From: Octopus sinensis
Lineage: Eukaryota
Length of the DNA: 64,000 nucleotides
NCBI RefSeq assembly: GCF_006345805.1
Contig: NC_043009.1
Coordinates: forward strand, 61,194,001-61,258,000
Direction: 5' to 3'
Part shown: piece after piece, positions 27,277-40,651 of the stretch
Numbering within the stretch: the stretch's first letter is position 1
Layout: the number at the start of each line of letters is the position of its first letter
Translations under genes and position numbers: made by a program
The notes under the pieces: model-generated
Databases searched by the model: none
What the model was told of the DNA's origin: nothing
Seen by the model: only the letters and a program-made list of their open reading frames with translations

Positions 27277-27919
27277 ATATATATATATATTATATATATA
27301 TATATGTGTGTATATACACACATGCACACAAAAGAACCTAAAACAAAGTAACATATAGCAAAAGCAACTGGTAAAAAAAAATCTACATCTCTTTCCTTAA
27401 TCTTAATCTGTCTAAATCTGTGATTTTATACACCACACACACACACACGCAGAGGATGGGGTGGAAGAGGAGGTGGGGAGAAAAGAGAGTATATTCATGA
27501 CAGACCTAATCTAGTTTTCAAACCATCTCATGTTTATTGTATAATGAGATGTTGTTCAATTTACTCAGTATATTGTCCAGTTCTGAGAGTGGACAGATAC
27601 AAGAGCAACAACAAACGCTACCACCACCACCACCACCACCACCACCACCACCACCACTACTACTACTACTACTATACTACTACCACCACCACCACCACCA
27701 CCGCCGCAAAACTTATATAAAACAGATACATACAAACACACACACACACACATACACACACACACACACACATACATATACACATATACATACACATGTG
27801 TGAGTTCTCTGATTGTTTATCTATTCTGACAGAAACTGTAACAGATGGTTGATGTAAAGAATATATATATATATACATACATACATACACATATGTATAT
27901 GGATATACACACACACATG

Positions 27920-27955
<36 letters not shown>

Positions 27956-28071
27956 GATATAGCTATATATGTATGTATATATGTGTGTGTATGTACATAC
28001 ACATATATAACACACACATTTGTGTCTGTATATGTACATGAAAATAACATATATTCATACACACGTTTTGT

Positions 28072-28102
<31 letters not shown>

Positions 28103-29048
28103 CGTGTACGCATGTGTGTGTGTGTGTTGTCCATTATACATTGACTCAATCCTGGTGACACTTAAAAGAAAGAAAAGACGAAATGGATCGTCTGTGACTG
28201 TGGAGGACTTGTAATGATGTCATTGGTGCAAAACTAAAAATATTTTAATCAATAACAATGTAAATCTATAATGTAGATTTGCTTTCTATAACCACACACA
28301 CACACACACAACACACACACACACACACAAGAGCAAGAGGACTAGGTATGGCTGTGTGGTTTAGAGGTTTACTTTGCAGCCATGAGTTTTCAGGTTCAAT
28401 CCCAGTGCATTGCACTATGGGCAAGTGTCTTCTGCTGTAATCTGCTTCCTTAATCAATGTCTTGTGGATGAAATATGGCAGAAGGAAATTGGATGGCAAT
28501 TTGTTGCATAAATATATCCATACATAATAATATATATATATATATATATACCGTAAATGGTCTTTTTACATACTGAACACTGCTCGGTCGAATTAATTAA
28601 TAATTAATTAATTCTACCCTTTTTTATTGACTATATATATATATATCATATCATCGTCATCATTGTCATCATCGTCATTTAACAACTGCTTTCCATGCTG
28701 GCATGGGTTGGATGGTTTGACTGAGGACCGGCGAGCTAGAAGGCTGCACCAGGCTCCAATCTAATCTGGCAAGGTTTCCACAGCTCGATGGCCTTCCTAA
28801 CACCAACCACTCCAAGAGTGTAGTGGGTGCTTTTACATGTCACCGGCTTGATGGCCAGTCATATATATGTATATATATGTGTGTGTATGTGTGTGTGTGT
28901 GTGTATGCATATATATATAAAAGTAATTTTAGAGGCAGAACCACCTTCGACTCAATCAACACTGAAAGGTTTTATACCCGACCATAAAATGTTAAAAATT
29001 AAATCTTATACTAACTATATCTATTCTGAATCCTGTATTTTCTGTTTA

Positions 29049-29311
29049 TAAGACTACACGTGTTTTATGAAAGTACGTTGGTATTGATTAGATACAAGGT
29101 ATCTAGTTTTAATACTTACTCGGGTCAACATACTCCCAATCTTCAGGTCTGGATTTCACAACATTTTTCACAACTCCTATCTCTTATATACTTTCAGAAA
29201 ACACGTGTAGTCTTACATAGCAGTCAAAACCTGACTCTAAAACCACATCAAGTATTCAATAGAGTACAATTGAATACTTGATGCGGTTTTAGAGTCAGGT
29301 TTTAACTGTTA
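29049..29311. repeat. Two adjacent inverted repeats in a microsatellite-flanked element
   Basis: 27-bp IR at 29049-75 / 29189-215 (1 mismatch) and a 43-bp hairpin at 29218-60 / 29269-311 (3 mismatches, 8-nt loop). Confidence 0.85.
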
Positions 29312-29368
29312 TTTCAAGCATGGTGGTATTTCTTAGATACCCTTATTTATAATTTTATACATACATAC

Positions 29369-29409
<41 letters not shown>

Positions 29410-29423
29410 ACATACATACAAAC

Positions 29424-29486
<63 letters not shown>

Positions 29487-29879
29487 ACACACATATATAT
29501 GTATGTATGTATCTATGTATATACGTATATATCTATGGGTGAGTGTATCTTTGTGTCTGTGTTGTCCCTACCATCACTGCTTGACAAACAGCGTTGGTGT
29601 GTTTTAATTTCCCATAACTTAGTGGGTTGGCAAAAGAGAACGATAGAATAAGTACTTGGCTTTAAAAAATAAGTTCTGGGGTGGGGTGGGGCAATTTGTT
29701 CAACTAAAAACAACCCTTCGATGTGATGTTCCAGCATGGCTACAGTCAAATGACTGAAGCCATTAAAAAAATAAAAGACTACAGAACTATATATCTCCTC
29801 CTCCTCCTCCTCCTCTTCCTCCTCCTCCTCATCATCATCGTTTAACATCCGTTTTCCATGCTAGCATGGGTTGGACGGG

Positions 29880-29931
<52 letters not shown>

Positions 29932-29932
29932 T

Positions 29933-29965
<33 letters not shown>

Positions 29966-30325
29966 TATATAAGTTAGGGTGATTCCCAGCTGTTTCCTTT
30001 TGAAACTCATCTGCTTATTCCAATATTACAATCAATATGTACTCATAGTTGCATATGAGTCAAAATACAAATTAAAATTGAGAATTATGGAAAAAACTAA
30101 TTGCAGAGTTAATTCATGATAAAATCAGAAAGTGGAAACTTTTTGGTATTGTTTGATCCCCATTACACATGTTTTGTTTGCTAATAGGAATCACAAAGAT
30201 TTACATGTTAAACCAGGCATGTAAAGAATTTCCTATCGGAAACTCTTCATATAAAGAACAATTATAATACCTTTACCTGAAGAGTTTCTGATTTGCATTT
30301 TCCCATTTTATTATATATATGTATG

Positions 30326-30367
<42 letters not shown>

Positions 30368-30700
30368 CATCATCATCATCATGATGCTTTTTATGTGCCA
30401 CCAGCACAGGTGCCATGGGAGGCATGCAACGGCCACGATTGGTTGGTGGTTTTTACATGCCACCGGCACAGGTATCACAACTGTAATTTCCATTTGGTTT
30501 TTATTTTGATGTTGATGTACTTGACTCAATAGGTCTCCTCAAGCACAGCAGGTCTCCCTACGATCCAAGGTAAGCACAGCAGGCCATCCTACGATCCAAG
30601 GTACTTTGGATGAGCTGGGATTTCTATGTGAAGCTGGTGCAGGAAACAGCCATGAACTCACGTTATTTGTCGGGTCTTCGCAGTCACAGCATATCTCCAG

Positions 30701-30741
<41 letters not shown>

Positions 30742-31861
30742 TATGTATTATTTAAAGCCAGTTTGATACAGCCCCTGTAACAAGCGTATGAATCTTTGAG
30801 TCACATGGGGCTGAGTCCAACTATTTTAGGTAAAATGTATCTCCTACAAAATGTGTTAGTGCCTCTTTCTTACTTTTGTCCACTCACCTGTGTGTGTGTT
30901 TGTGTGTGTGTGTGTGTGCGTGTGTGTGTGTGTGTGTGCATGTGTGTGTGTTTTCCCTTTTCTTCACATCAGGCAGTAGTTATGAACAAGGGTCACCTTC
31001 ATACAGGTGGTGTCTTTCATTTCCAGATATTCTGAGCAACCATGTCCAGCAGTTGGGAAATATTACCTTGCTTGCAAACAGGTGAGGGTAAGTGACAGGA
31101 AGTGCATCCAGCCAGACAAAATGTGCCTCAACAAATTCCCATGCAAGCATGGAAAAGTGGATATAAAAATAATAAGGATGATGATGATGATGATGATGAG
31201 GAGGAGGAGGAGGATGTGATGAAGGTGGTAAATGTGTGTGTGTTTGTGTGCAAACCTAAGGTGCCACACGGTGGGGTTGAACTGGGAACCATGAGTCTGA
31301 CCCAGGTGATACTTTTAGGGCGGTAGAGCTTTTGAATCTGCAACATAAGCCTGTGTAAGTTTGGGGGACCTGGGAGGAAGGGTGGTTAAACTCAAGGGCT
31401 ACCCCGAGTGGCACAGACTTCAGTGAAACCATTGTCTCTTTTCTTTCAGCCAATGTCAATATACTTTTCTATCTCTACCAGTGGTTTTCAACCATGGTCC
31501 ATATGACCCCTGGGGTTTCATATAAAATTTAGGGGTTCTACATAGGTAAAACAGTAGTATTTTAAGGGTCCATGAAAAATTTTGATTCAGATGTTATGCT
31601 TGAGAAGACATGTTGAGTGGAAGTGAAATCATTGTCATGGCCAATGTCACTACTGCCTAACTGGGACCCGTGCCGGTGGAACGTAAGAAGCACCATTCAA
31701 GTGTGGTCAATGCCAGTGCTGGTGGCATGTAAAAGCACCATTCGAGCATGGTCAATGCCAGTCCTGCCTGATTGGCTCCTGTGCCAGTGGAACATAAAAA
31801 GCACCATTTGAGCATGGTTGATGCCACACAGTGGGATTGAACCTGGAACCCCGTGGTTGGT

Positions 31862-32260
31862 AAGGGGCTAAACATAGAGGGGACAAACAAGGCCAGACAA
31901 AGGGATTAAGTCGATTACATCGAACCCCAGTGCGTAACTGGTACTTAATTTATCGACCCCGAAAGGGTGAAAGGGAAAGTTGACCCCAGTGGTGTTTGAA
32001 CTCAGAACGTGGAAATAGATGAAATACCTATTTCTTTACTGTCCACAAGGGGCTACACACAGAGGGGACAAACAAGGCCAGACAAAGAGATTAAGTCGAT
32101 TACATCAACCCCAGTGCGTAACTGGTACTTAATTTATCAACCCCGAAAGAATGAAAGGCAAAGTTGACCTCGGCAGAATTTGAACTCAGAACATAACGGC
32201 AGACGAAATACCGCAAAGCATTTTGCCCGGCGTGCTAACGTTTCTGCCAGCTAACCGCCT
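31862..32260 (-). mobile_element. Family A SINE dimer
   Basis: Full copy 32260-32030 followed by a second unit starting at ggtatttc, the same junction as in the 16305 dimer. Confidence 0.88.
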
Positions 32261-32264
32261 TCTC

Positions 32265-32650
32265 TTACACATTATCTATCTTATCAGTCAACATTTAAAT
32301 ACTATATTTATATCTTATGTACCATATCAGCATCTACACATTGTATAAGTGTACCTAGTGAACATCTGCGCACTGTATTTATCTAACCTGTCAACATCTA
32401 CACGCTATCTAGTTATCCAATCAACACATTGTTGCTTTCTTTACAGCAGCCATTTATACCCCGTATCTATCTAACCATTCAACATCTACACTCTGTATTT
32501 CTCAAGAGTTAACATCTACACACTGCCTCTCTCTCTGGTCCAGTTCAACACCCTGCATCTATCCCAGTCAACATTTATACACTCTGTGTCTATATATTTA
32601 TCCAGTCAACATCTGAACAACATTTTCTGTCAATCCAGTCTACATTTATA
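32265..32650. repeat. Degenerate ~35-bp minisatellite
   Basis: Recurrent atcta(t/a)c..ccagtcaacatctacac(a)ctgt motif. Confidence 0.55.
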
Positions 32651-32851
32651 GATTCCAGATAAATGTATACAATGTAGCAATAATTGAAAATCTAAAAGCC
32701 CAAATATATATAAAAATCTTTAATCAAAATTCTTTAATCAAAAGATCAATGATCTATGATTAAAATAAAAAAAAACACCAAATTTTTTTAAGCAACATCA
32801 TACAATAGAGATACTGTTTAGATGTTATTGCTGTTGGATTCATTCATTTTA

Positions 32852-32902
<51 letters not shown>

Positions 32903-33793
32903 TATTATCATTATTACTATTATTATCATTATTATTATTATTGTTATTATAGATTTTCATTTGAAGTAGCCAATCAGTTATAAGAACAAGTCATTCCATC
33001 AGTTTGAAACTGGTATACTATTTGGTTTATATGCTAATTTAGAGAGACAGATCTAATCTTTCAAGTAATTACATTGACGAGTGGTTGCAACAAAAACAAA
33101 AGAACAAAAAATGGGAAAGAAAAAGAAGCAGAAAAAATTCTCAATATGACATTTTTTTTTTGTTTGTTTCTGGTTGAAATTTATTGGTCGTTGATCAGTG
33201 TAAGGGTAGTTAGGATAGTTAAATATCGTTAGAATAGCTCATCATTGTTCTGGTTGGAATTTATAGGCTGTTGGTCATTGTTATAAAGAAGACAGAACAA
33301 CACTGTTCTGACATAAAAGAAAGAAATACATCAGAAAATAATAGTAAAAATTAAATAAAAATAAAACGAAACAAAATGAAATGAAACGAAAAACGCAGAA
33401 CCCGAAGAGATACAAATACATGGATGCCTAGAGATATGCTAAGAAAAAAGCATGAACAAAACAAAACAAAAAGCATGGAGATATACAGAGACACAGACAG
33501 AGACAGACGTATTGAGAGACAGAGATTCATAGATACTGGAAGCATACTATGACATAAAGATACAGACAGACATAGGCCATAGACATACAGTGACATAGAA
33601 ACATACACAAACACACACACACACACATACACAGATAGACTGATACAAACGTATACAGAAGCACATTGAGATGCAAAGGCAGAGATAAGTAAATGCAAAA
33701 AGGAAACATTCAGACAAGTTTGTCTTGTTGATGTTATTAACTTTTTCTCTTCTGAATGTCCACTACAGTTCTACTTACTCCTGCCATCTGTTG

Positions 33794-34545
33794 AATATCC
33801 ACTAATGTGTCCCCTAATATCCACTAATGTGTCCTACTGCCTAATGTTCATTAATGTGTTCCCTAATATCCACTAATGTGTCCCCCAATATCTACAAATG
33901 TGTCCCTTAATATCCACTAATGTGTCCCCTAATATCCACTAATGTGTCCACTAATATCCACTAATGTGTCCCCTAATATCCACTAATGTGTCCCTTAATA
34001 TCCACTAATGTGTCCTGCTACCTAATGTTCATTAATGTGTTCCCTAATATCCACTAATGTGTCCCCTAATATCCACTAATGTGTCCCCTAATAGCCACTA
34101 ATGTGTCCCCTAATATCCAACTAATGTGTCCCCTAATGTCCACTAATGTGTCCCCTAATATCCACTAATGTGTCTCCTAATATCCACTAATGTGTCCCCT
34201 AATATCTACTAATGTGTCTCCTAATATCCACTAATGTGTCCACTAATATTCACTGATGTATCTCCTAATATCCACTAATGTGTCCCTTAATATCCACGAA
34301 TGTGTCCACTAATATCCACTAATGTGTCCCCTAATATCCACTAATGTGTCCCCTAATATCCACTAATGTGTCCCTTAATATCCACTAATGTGTCCCCTAA
34401 TATCCAACTAATGCGTCCCCTAATATCCACTAATGTGTCCTCTAATATCCATGAATGTGTCCTCTAATATCCACGAATGTGTCCCCTAATATCCACTAAT
34501 GTGTCCCCTAATATCCACTAATGTGTCCTGCTACCTAATGTTCAC
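33794..34545. repeat. 22-bp minisatellite (ccctaatatccactaatgtgtc), about 34 units
   Basis: Directly visible tandem array. A variant block tgtgtcct(a/g)ct(g/a)cctaatgttca recurs near 33830, 34012 and 34523. Confidence 0.95.
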
Positions 34546-34999
34546 TATAGCACTATTATCCCTTACCTTAATTAATGTCGTCATTTGGAGCAGTATTGTC
34601 TTATCAACCGAGTGCCCAGTATGCAAAGAGGTGACTGAGTGTGGCTGTTTGGACACTGCCAATTTAGCATAGCTGACTGGACATTCAACCTGTTTTGGCA
34701 ACAGTACTTTTTGGCACTGGAGAGAAACACACATACATACATGTAAACACACATGCAAGCACAGTAATATACAGAAATATACAAAGAAAGAGAGGTGGGG
34801 AAGAGAGAGAAAAGCATTACAGTGTATTAATTGAACACAGTTGACATAAACACTTGCCCTCTTCTCATACACATACAGAGGAATATGCCTACACACATAA
34901 TCAGAGTGAGAGAGTGAGATGGGGGAAACATTAAAATGTCTGATGTCAAATAAGTCAGCATTGAATCAGTGATGCCAAATAGGCGGCCCCCAAACAACA

Positions 35000-36270
35000 T
35001 CTCCTACACTACCCAGTATAGCATTATTATTCTCTACTCAATGTCCACTATAACACAATTGTGTTGCTCTGCCCAATGTCCGTTGGCAATAACATCAGAT
35101 ACTGAAAAGAGAGAAGAATGTGATCCAACACAAACAAACCCCACATCCTACTCTCTTCCAAGACACAAATTTCTCAACCCTCATCCATGAGCCATTCTTT
35201 CTTACACTCACCTCCCACACCTGCATATCAGCAACACAGACCTCCATTATTATGGCTCAAACTCATTCTTCCCAAATACATCCGCTCTCTTGTCACCATT
35301 CAATGAACTATTTGAACCACAAACAATCCTTCAACCATGTTTCCTTCTTATATTGATGACTTATAATCTCACTTCACTCCTCTCCAAACTCATCATCGTT
35401 GATGGCTTCATTGCCCTCAATTCATCATGATCCTCACACATATCTTATATTGATGCCAATGTTGCAGAAACCAAATATTTTGCATTCCCAACTTCCTACA
35501 CCAACAAGTCTCCTTCCCCACATGCATCCTTGATACTTTTTCTCTCAACCAAACTTATCCTTAACATGACTATAACAGTCTCTGCATCTATCAGGACATC
35601 TGACCACAGCCTAAGATCTACATATCTATTTCTTTACTACCCACAAGGGGCTAAACACAGAGGGGACAAACAAGGACAGACAAATGGATTAAGTCGATTA
35701 TATCAACCCCAGTGCATAACAGGTACTTATTTAATCGACCCTGAAAGGATGAAAGGCAAAGTCAACCTAGGTGGAATTTGAACTCAGAACGCAGCAGTGG
35801 ACAAAATACCACAAAGCATTTCGCCCGGCCTGCTAACATTTCTGCCAGCTCACCGCCTTCCTAACATCTACATACCATACAACATTCTCCACTCCAGACA
35901 CCATGGTACTTCAAATCTATTGACTGGCCAGAGCTCTACCAGTCTTGGACTAACTAATTTGGCTTCGTTGCTGACCTATCAGAAACACAGAAATGAAACC
36001 ATTTTCTTCTTCACACACAATAAAAACTCAAATGCTCCAGTTTCTTCATGTGGTTCCCTCATAGCTGTGCTGCAAAAGTTCAAGCAAATAACAAGACCTA
36101 CAATGCCAGTAGAAATTTACCAACCCCCAAATTGGGGCAGCATATAATCCAGCGCTGCAACTCTCGCAAGACAACCATCCAAACTATGAAGGTGCCTGTG
36201 TATCATACAAAAATGTCAAACTCTTCTGCTTCTCTCCCAAATTGTAACTGATTCTGCTGATCCATTGTCA
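35000..36270 (+). pseudogene. Heavily decayed APE-RT type LINE fragment, interrupted by a SINE
   Basis: Remnants LIIVDGFIALNSS (GDFNAHH-like), TPWYFKSIDW and SMWFPHSCAAKVQANNK (PWFS..CA.A-like), with many stops and frameshifts. Confidence 0.4.
35627..35859 (-). mobile_element. Family A SINE
   Basis: Full-length match to family A, with a decayed ~16-bp TSD ctaagatctacatatc / ctaacatctacatacc. Confidence 0.88.
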
Positions 36271-36444
36271 AAAGCATTTCCACAAAATTCATGGATTCCT
36301 CCTTATCTCCACTTCTCAAAGAATGTTCTCCATTGGATCGTAAGCTGTGAAGGTGGAGGATTTCTCCATGGGGGTGGTACTCTCATGGAGAAATCCTCCA
36401 TCTTCACAGCTTGTTTTAGATCCAACTCTACATTGCACTTACAT

Positions 36445-36719
36445 CTTTTGTCTTTTACTTATTTCAGTCATTAGGCTATGGCCATGCTGTGGCAGTCTCT
36501 GGATGAATTTTTAACCGAGAGATTTGTCCCCAATACTTCAGTGCACCCTGTGTATATGACAGGCTTCTTTCAGTTTCCATCTACCAAATTCACTCACAAG
36601 GCTTTGGTCAGCCTGAGGCTATAGTAGTAGACACTTGCCCAATGTGCCACACAGTAGGACTGAGCCCAGAACCATGTTGTTGGGAAGCAAGCTTCTTACC
36701 ACACAGCCAGGCCTATGCC
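36445..36719 (-). mobile_element. Family B SINE (internally deleted)
   Basis: Head, CORE-like block and tail are present, and the middle is missing. Other family B copies lie at 40720-41050 (-), 44440-44845 (-), 55944-56344 (-), 28340-28500 (+), 54810-54990 (+) and 57840-58090 (+). Confidence 0.8.
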
Positions 36720-37065
36720 TACCACAGCCACACCTGTGCCTACCACAGCCACACCTGTGCCTACAATATATAGCATATATTATAGTATACAATATGTATA
36801 TCGATTGATCTATATAATATTTTGCATGCTTTTGATGTTCTCATTTGTAAAATGAATAAATAATCCAACATTATAATATCCGTAAGTTGATGAACAAACT
36901 AAACTTGTTTCTCCATTTTCTTATTTGTATTTTGTTATAATTTATATATTATATATATATTATAATAAATTAGAGACAAAACCACTATTATGCAAATCAA
37001 ACAAAGAAAGACTTAAGCCAATACATAAATAATTTACATAAATTAAAATTTAACAAATATATATA

Positions 37066-37097
<32 letters not shown>

Positions 37098-37158
37098 CAC
37101 GTCCTCCAGTTGTATTTTCTTGTGATTTTTCTTCGGATTAATTATGTATATATATATA

Positions 37159-37499
37159 TATACAAAAATTCTATAATTATGAGTATAATTATAATTAGGG
37201 TTTAGCAAAATTTGCTTCACCACATACTGAAATTTAGAAATAACAGTTAAACTACTATTTTACTACCATAAGAAAATCTCCCAGACTGCAATACTCAACA
37301 ACTCACGCAGGTAAAGAGTGGATTCGTTATTTTTTTCCTTTTTACCTGCATGAGTTGTTGAGTATTGCTGTCTGTGACATTTTCTTATAGTAGTAAAATA
37401 GTAGTTTTAACTGCTATTTCTAAATTTCGGTATGTGGTGAAGCAAATTTTGCTGAACCCTAATTATAATTACATTCATAATTATTGAAATTTTTGCATA
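37159..37499. mobile_element. Fold-back element with ~155-bp inverted arms
   Basis: Arms 37159-37315 and 37341-37499 are highly complementary around a ~25-nt loop. Right-arm sequence recurs at 55360-55470. Confidence 0.85.
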
Positions 37500-37597
37500 A
37501 GTCTACTGAAAATGGTTCTTTTAACATACAGAACTACTTGGTAAAATTATTAATTATTATTATTATTATTATATTATTATTATTATTATTATATTAT

Positions 37598-37639
<42 letters not shown>

Positions 37640-37662
37640 TATATATGTATATATATGCATAC

Positions 37663-37704
<42 letters not shown>

Positions 37705-39731
37705 GGACAGACATTCAGACATTCAGACAGAGATATTTATGCACACACACGCATGTAAGATAAAGGAGAATCCAAGGAGACTGGTGGTGCTCTTCATTGG
37801 CAAGACTTGTAATTATTTGGTAAAAGCAACATTTATATGTATGCATATATATGTATGTGTGTATGTGTGTATGTGTGTATGCATACATGTATGCTTGTAT
37901 ATATGCATGCATGTATGTAAGTAAAAATGTACGTATAAATGCGTGTGCACGTGTGTAAATATTTATATATTATTCATATATATATATATATATACAAATG
38001 TATATGTGTGTGTGTGCGTGTATGTATACATACATACACACACACATATACATTTGTATATATATATATATATATATGAATAATATATAAATATTTACAC
38101 ACGTGCACACGCATTTATACGTACATTTTTACTTACATGCATACATACAAGCATACATGTATGCATACACACACATACACACATATATATGCATACATAT
38201 AAATGTGTGTATGTATACACACACACACACACATGGATGGATGGATGGATGGATGGATGGATAGACACACAAAATCTATACATTTATATACACACACTGA
38301 GATGATGTGAGAGAAACAGGATGGAACTTTCCGTTGAGTAATACTTAACATTCAACTGGTGTTCTTTGACCCAGAAACCCTCCAGTGCCAAATCAACTCC
38401 TGGTCAAGATTTATGGTCTTACTGACCAGCGCTATGATTTCCATAATGTTATTTACAACTTGGTCTCTTGACTTCTACCCACTCGCTATGCTGTTACTGT
38501 CATCACACACACACTACATACTCTTCACTCACCTTCAGACAATGACCCTGTACCACTATCACCACCACCACCACCACAGCCGCCACCGCCGCCGTCGCCA
38601 CCACCACAACCACCACCACTACCACCAACATCACCACCACCACCACCACCATCACCACCACCACCACCACAGCCGCCACCACCACCACCACCACCACCAC
38701 CACCACAGCCGCCGCCGCCGCCACCACCACCACCACCACCACCACAGCCGCCACCACCACCACCAGCAACACCAACACCACGACTTTCAGATAGATCAAA
38801 GGAGGCTGGAAATCAAGTAGACAATATGTTTGGTGATTAGCCATAAGCTAACAACAACATTCTCAACTTAAAAACCCATAAAACACTACATTACTCACTA
38901 AATACATTTGGAAAATGAAAGGTTGAAGGGATGAATACAATTATACACTGCTCTACATACTTTACATCAGGTCAACCCTGATTGAGCAGACTTATGACAA
39001 AAAGCGTTTCACCCATGATCATCCCATTTGTTTTAAGACCATCTAGAACTACATAATGTGCTTTTATTATTGAAGCCAACAAAGTGTGATCTCAAAAGGA
39101 TTTTGGCTATTATATCTAGGAGGTTGAGCGATCATGTAGACTCTCCTTCAATTGTTGCAAATTACTCAGCATTACCAGGGTTGCCTTACTGGCACCCGTG
39201 CCGGTGGCATGTGTAAAAAGATTCGAGCGAGGTCATTGCCAGTACCGCCTGACTGCCCCCCCCCCTCGTGCCTGTGGCACGTAAAAAGCACGCACTGCAC
39301 TCTCGGAGTGGTTGGCGTTAAGAAGGGCATCCAGCTGTAGAAACTCTGCCAGATCAAGATTGGAGCCTGGTGCAACCATCTGGTTTGCCAGCCCTCAGTC
39401 AAAATCGTCCAGCCCATGCTAGCATGGAAAGCGGACGTTAAACGATGATGATGATGATGATGAGGATGATGATAACATGTTTTTGATCTCACTATTGACA
39501 GAGCTCAAACCCATTTGAGGTGATGTTACCTGTGACTCGTACCAGCTTGGTCACAGTTCAGCTTTATTCTCAGACAGAGGCACATTCAAAAGGGTTGTGA
39601 AGTACTACAACAATGGCCTGATATGCACCCTTTGCATTACTTAGAGAGAATGACTCAATCACAGGAGGCAACAGCATTGATATCCCAACTGCACAGAAAA
39701 CAGGAATGTTATATAGTACAACCAGCTATGC

Positions 39732-39900
39732 ATGACCAACATAAAAACAGATGTTACAAAAACCTTTTTACTCTCTACTTTGCACTTTTAATGGAGCCAC
39801 AGATTCCAACAGCTGTTCAACAAAAACAATATAAAGGTGAGCTTTAGCTTCATTAAAGAACATGTCCAGCAACAGAAAGAATCACAATGCAGGTAGTCTA
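39732..39900 (+). pseudogene. Penelope-like element RT C-terminal fragment
   Basis: MTNIKTDVTKTFLLSTLHF*WSHRFQQLFNKNNIKVSFS resembles the PLE block NV.TN.GK.FL.L..KHF...H.L.KIFN.N..K.SYS. One in-frame stop. Confidence 0.6.
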
Positions 39901-40596
39901 CAGTCACACCAAAGAAATGAGTTGTCAAACATTACAGACATCTGCCTTCTAAAAACAAATGTTCATAGAGAAACATTGTATAACATACTAGCATGTCCCC
40001 CTAACACTACCCACTTTCCTACCTAAGGATCACAGAGAACACATTTAGAAAATTGCCTACAATAACACTCTGTCTCATTATGCCACCTGGAATATGCTAC
40101 ATCACTACCTAAACACATGTGGAAACTAAAATATTAAAATATGCAGGAAAGGCAATTACAGCTTTTGGGAAATGTTCTGTTTTGCAACTTCTTTTTCATA
40201 CAGAAACTCCACAGATTCTGTCATTTAACCCCAGTCCTGAACAGGTTTCACAATTTTTTGCTACTCATCATGTTCCGTTCTCATTTGCCTTGCACAGCCA
40301 AAAAAAGATAGAATCTGCAATCTTGATTGTGTTCGTAATATTTTCTTGGCAAGATTTTAATAGCTTGATGTTCTGTCTATCAATAACCACTTTAAAGCCT
40401 ATGAGGAATACATTTAATCATGTCACCTGCACAAGAGTCATTCTCGGCATGTGTCACCTTGTTGTCTGACCTCAAATGCTATGAATGGTCATATTTGAAA
40501 ACTATTGCTGGTATGAAGTCTTGAAAACAATCGTGTCCTCTCCACTCCTTCTCTTCAATCTTACTGCATCAGTCTCTCTCTATCTATCTCTCTCTT

Positions 40597-40651
<55 letters not shown>

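Noticed and set aside
33794-34545. CRISPR-like array
   Set aside because: The units are contiguous with no unique spacers, no cas genes are present, and the context is eukaryotic.
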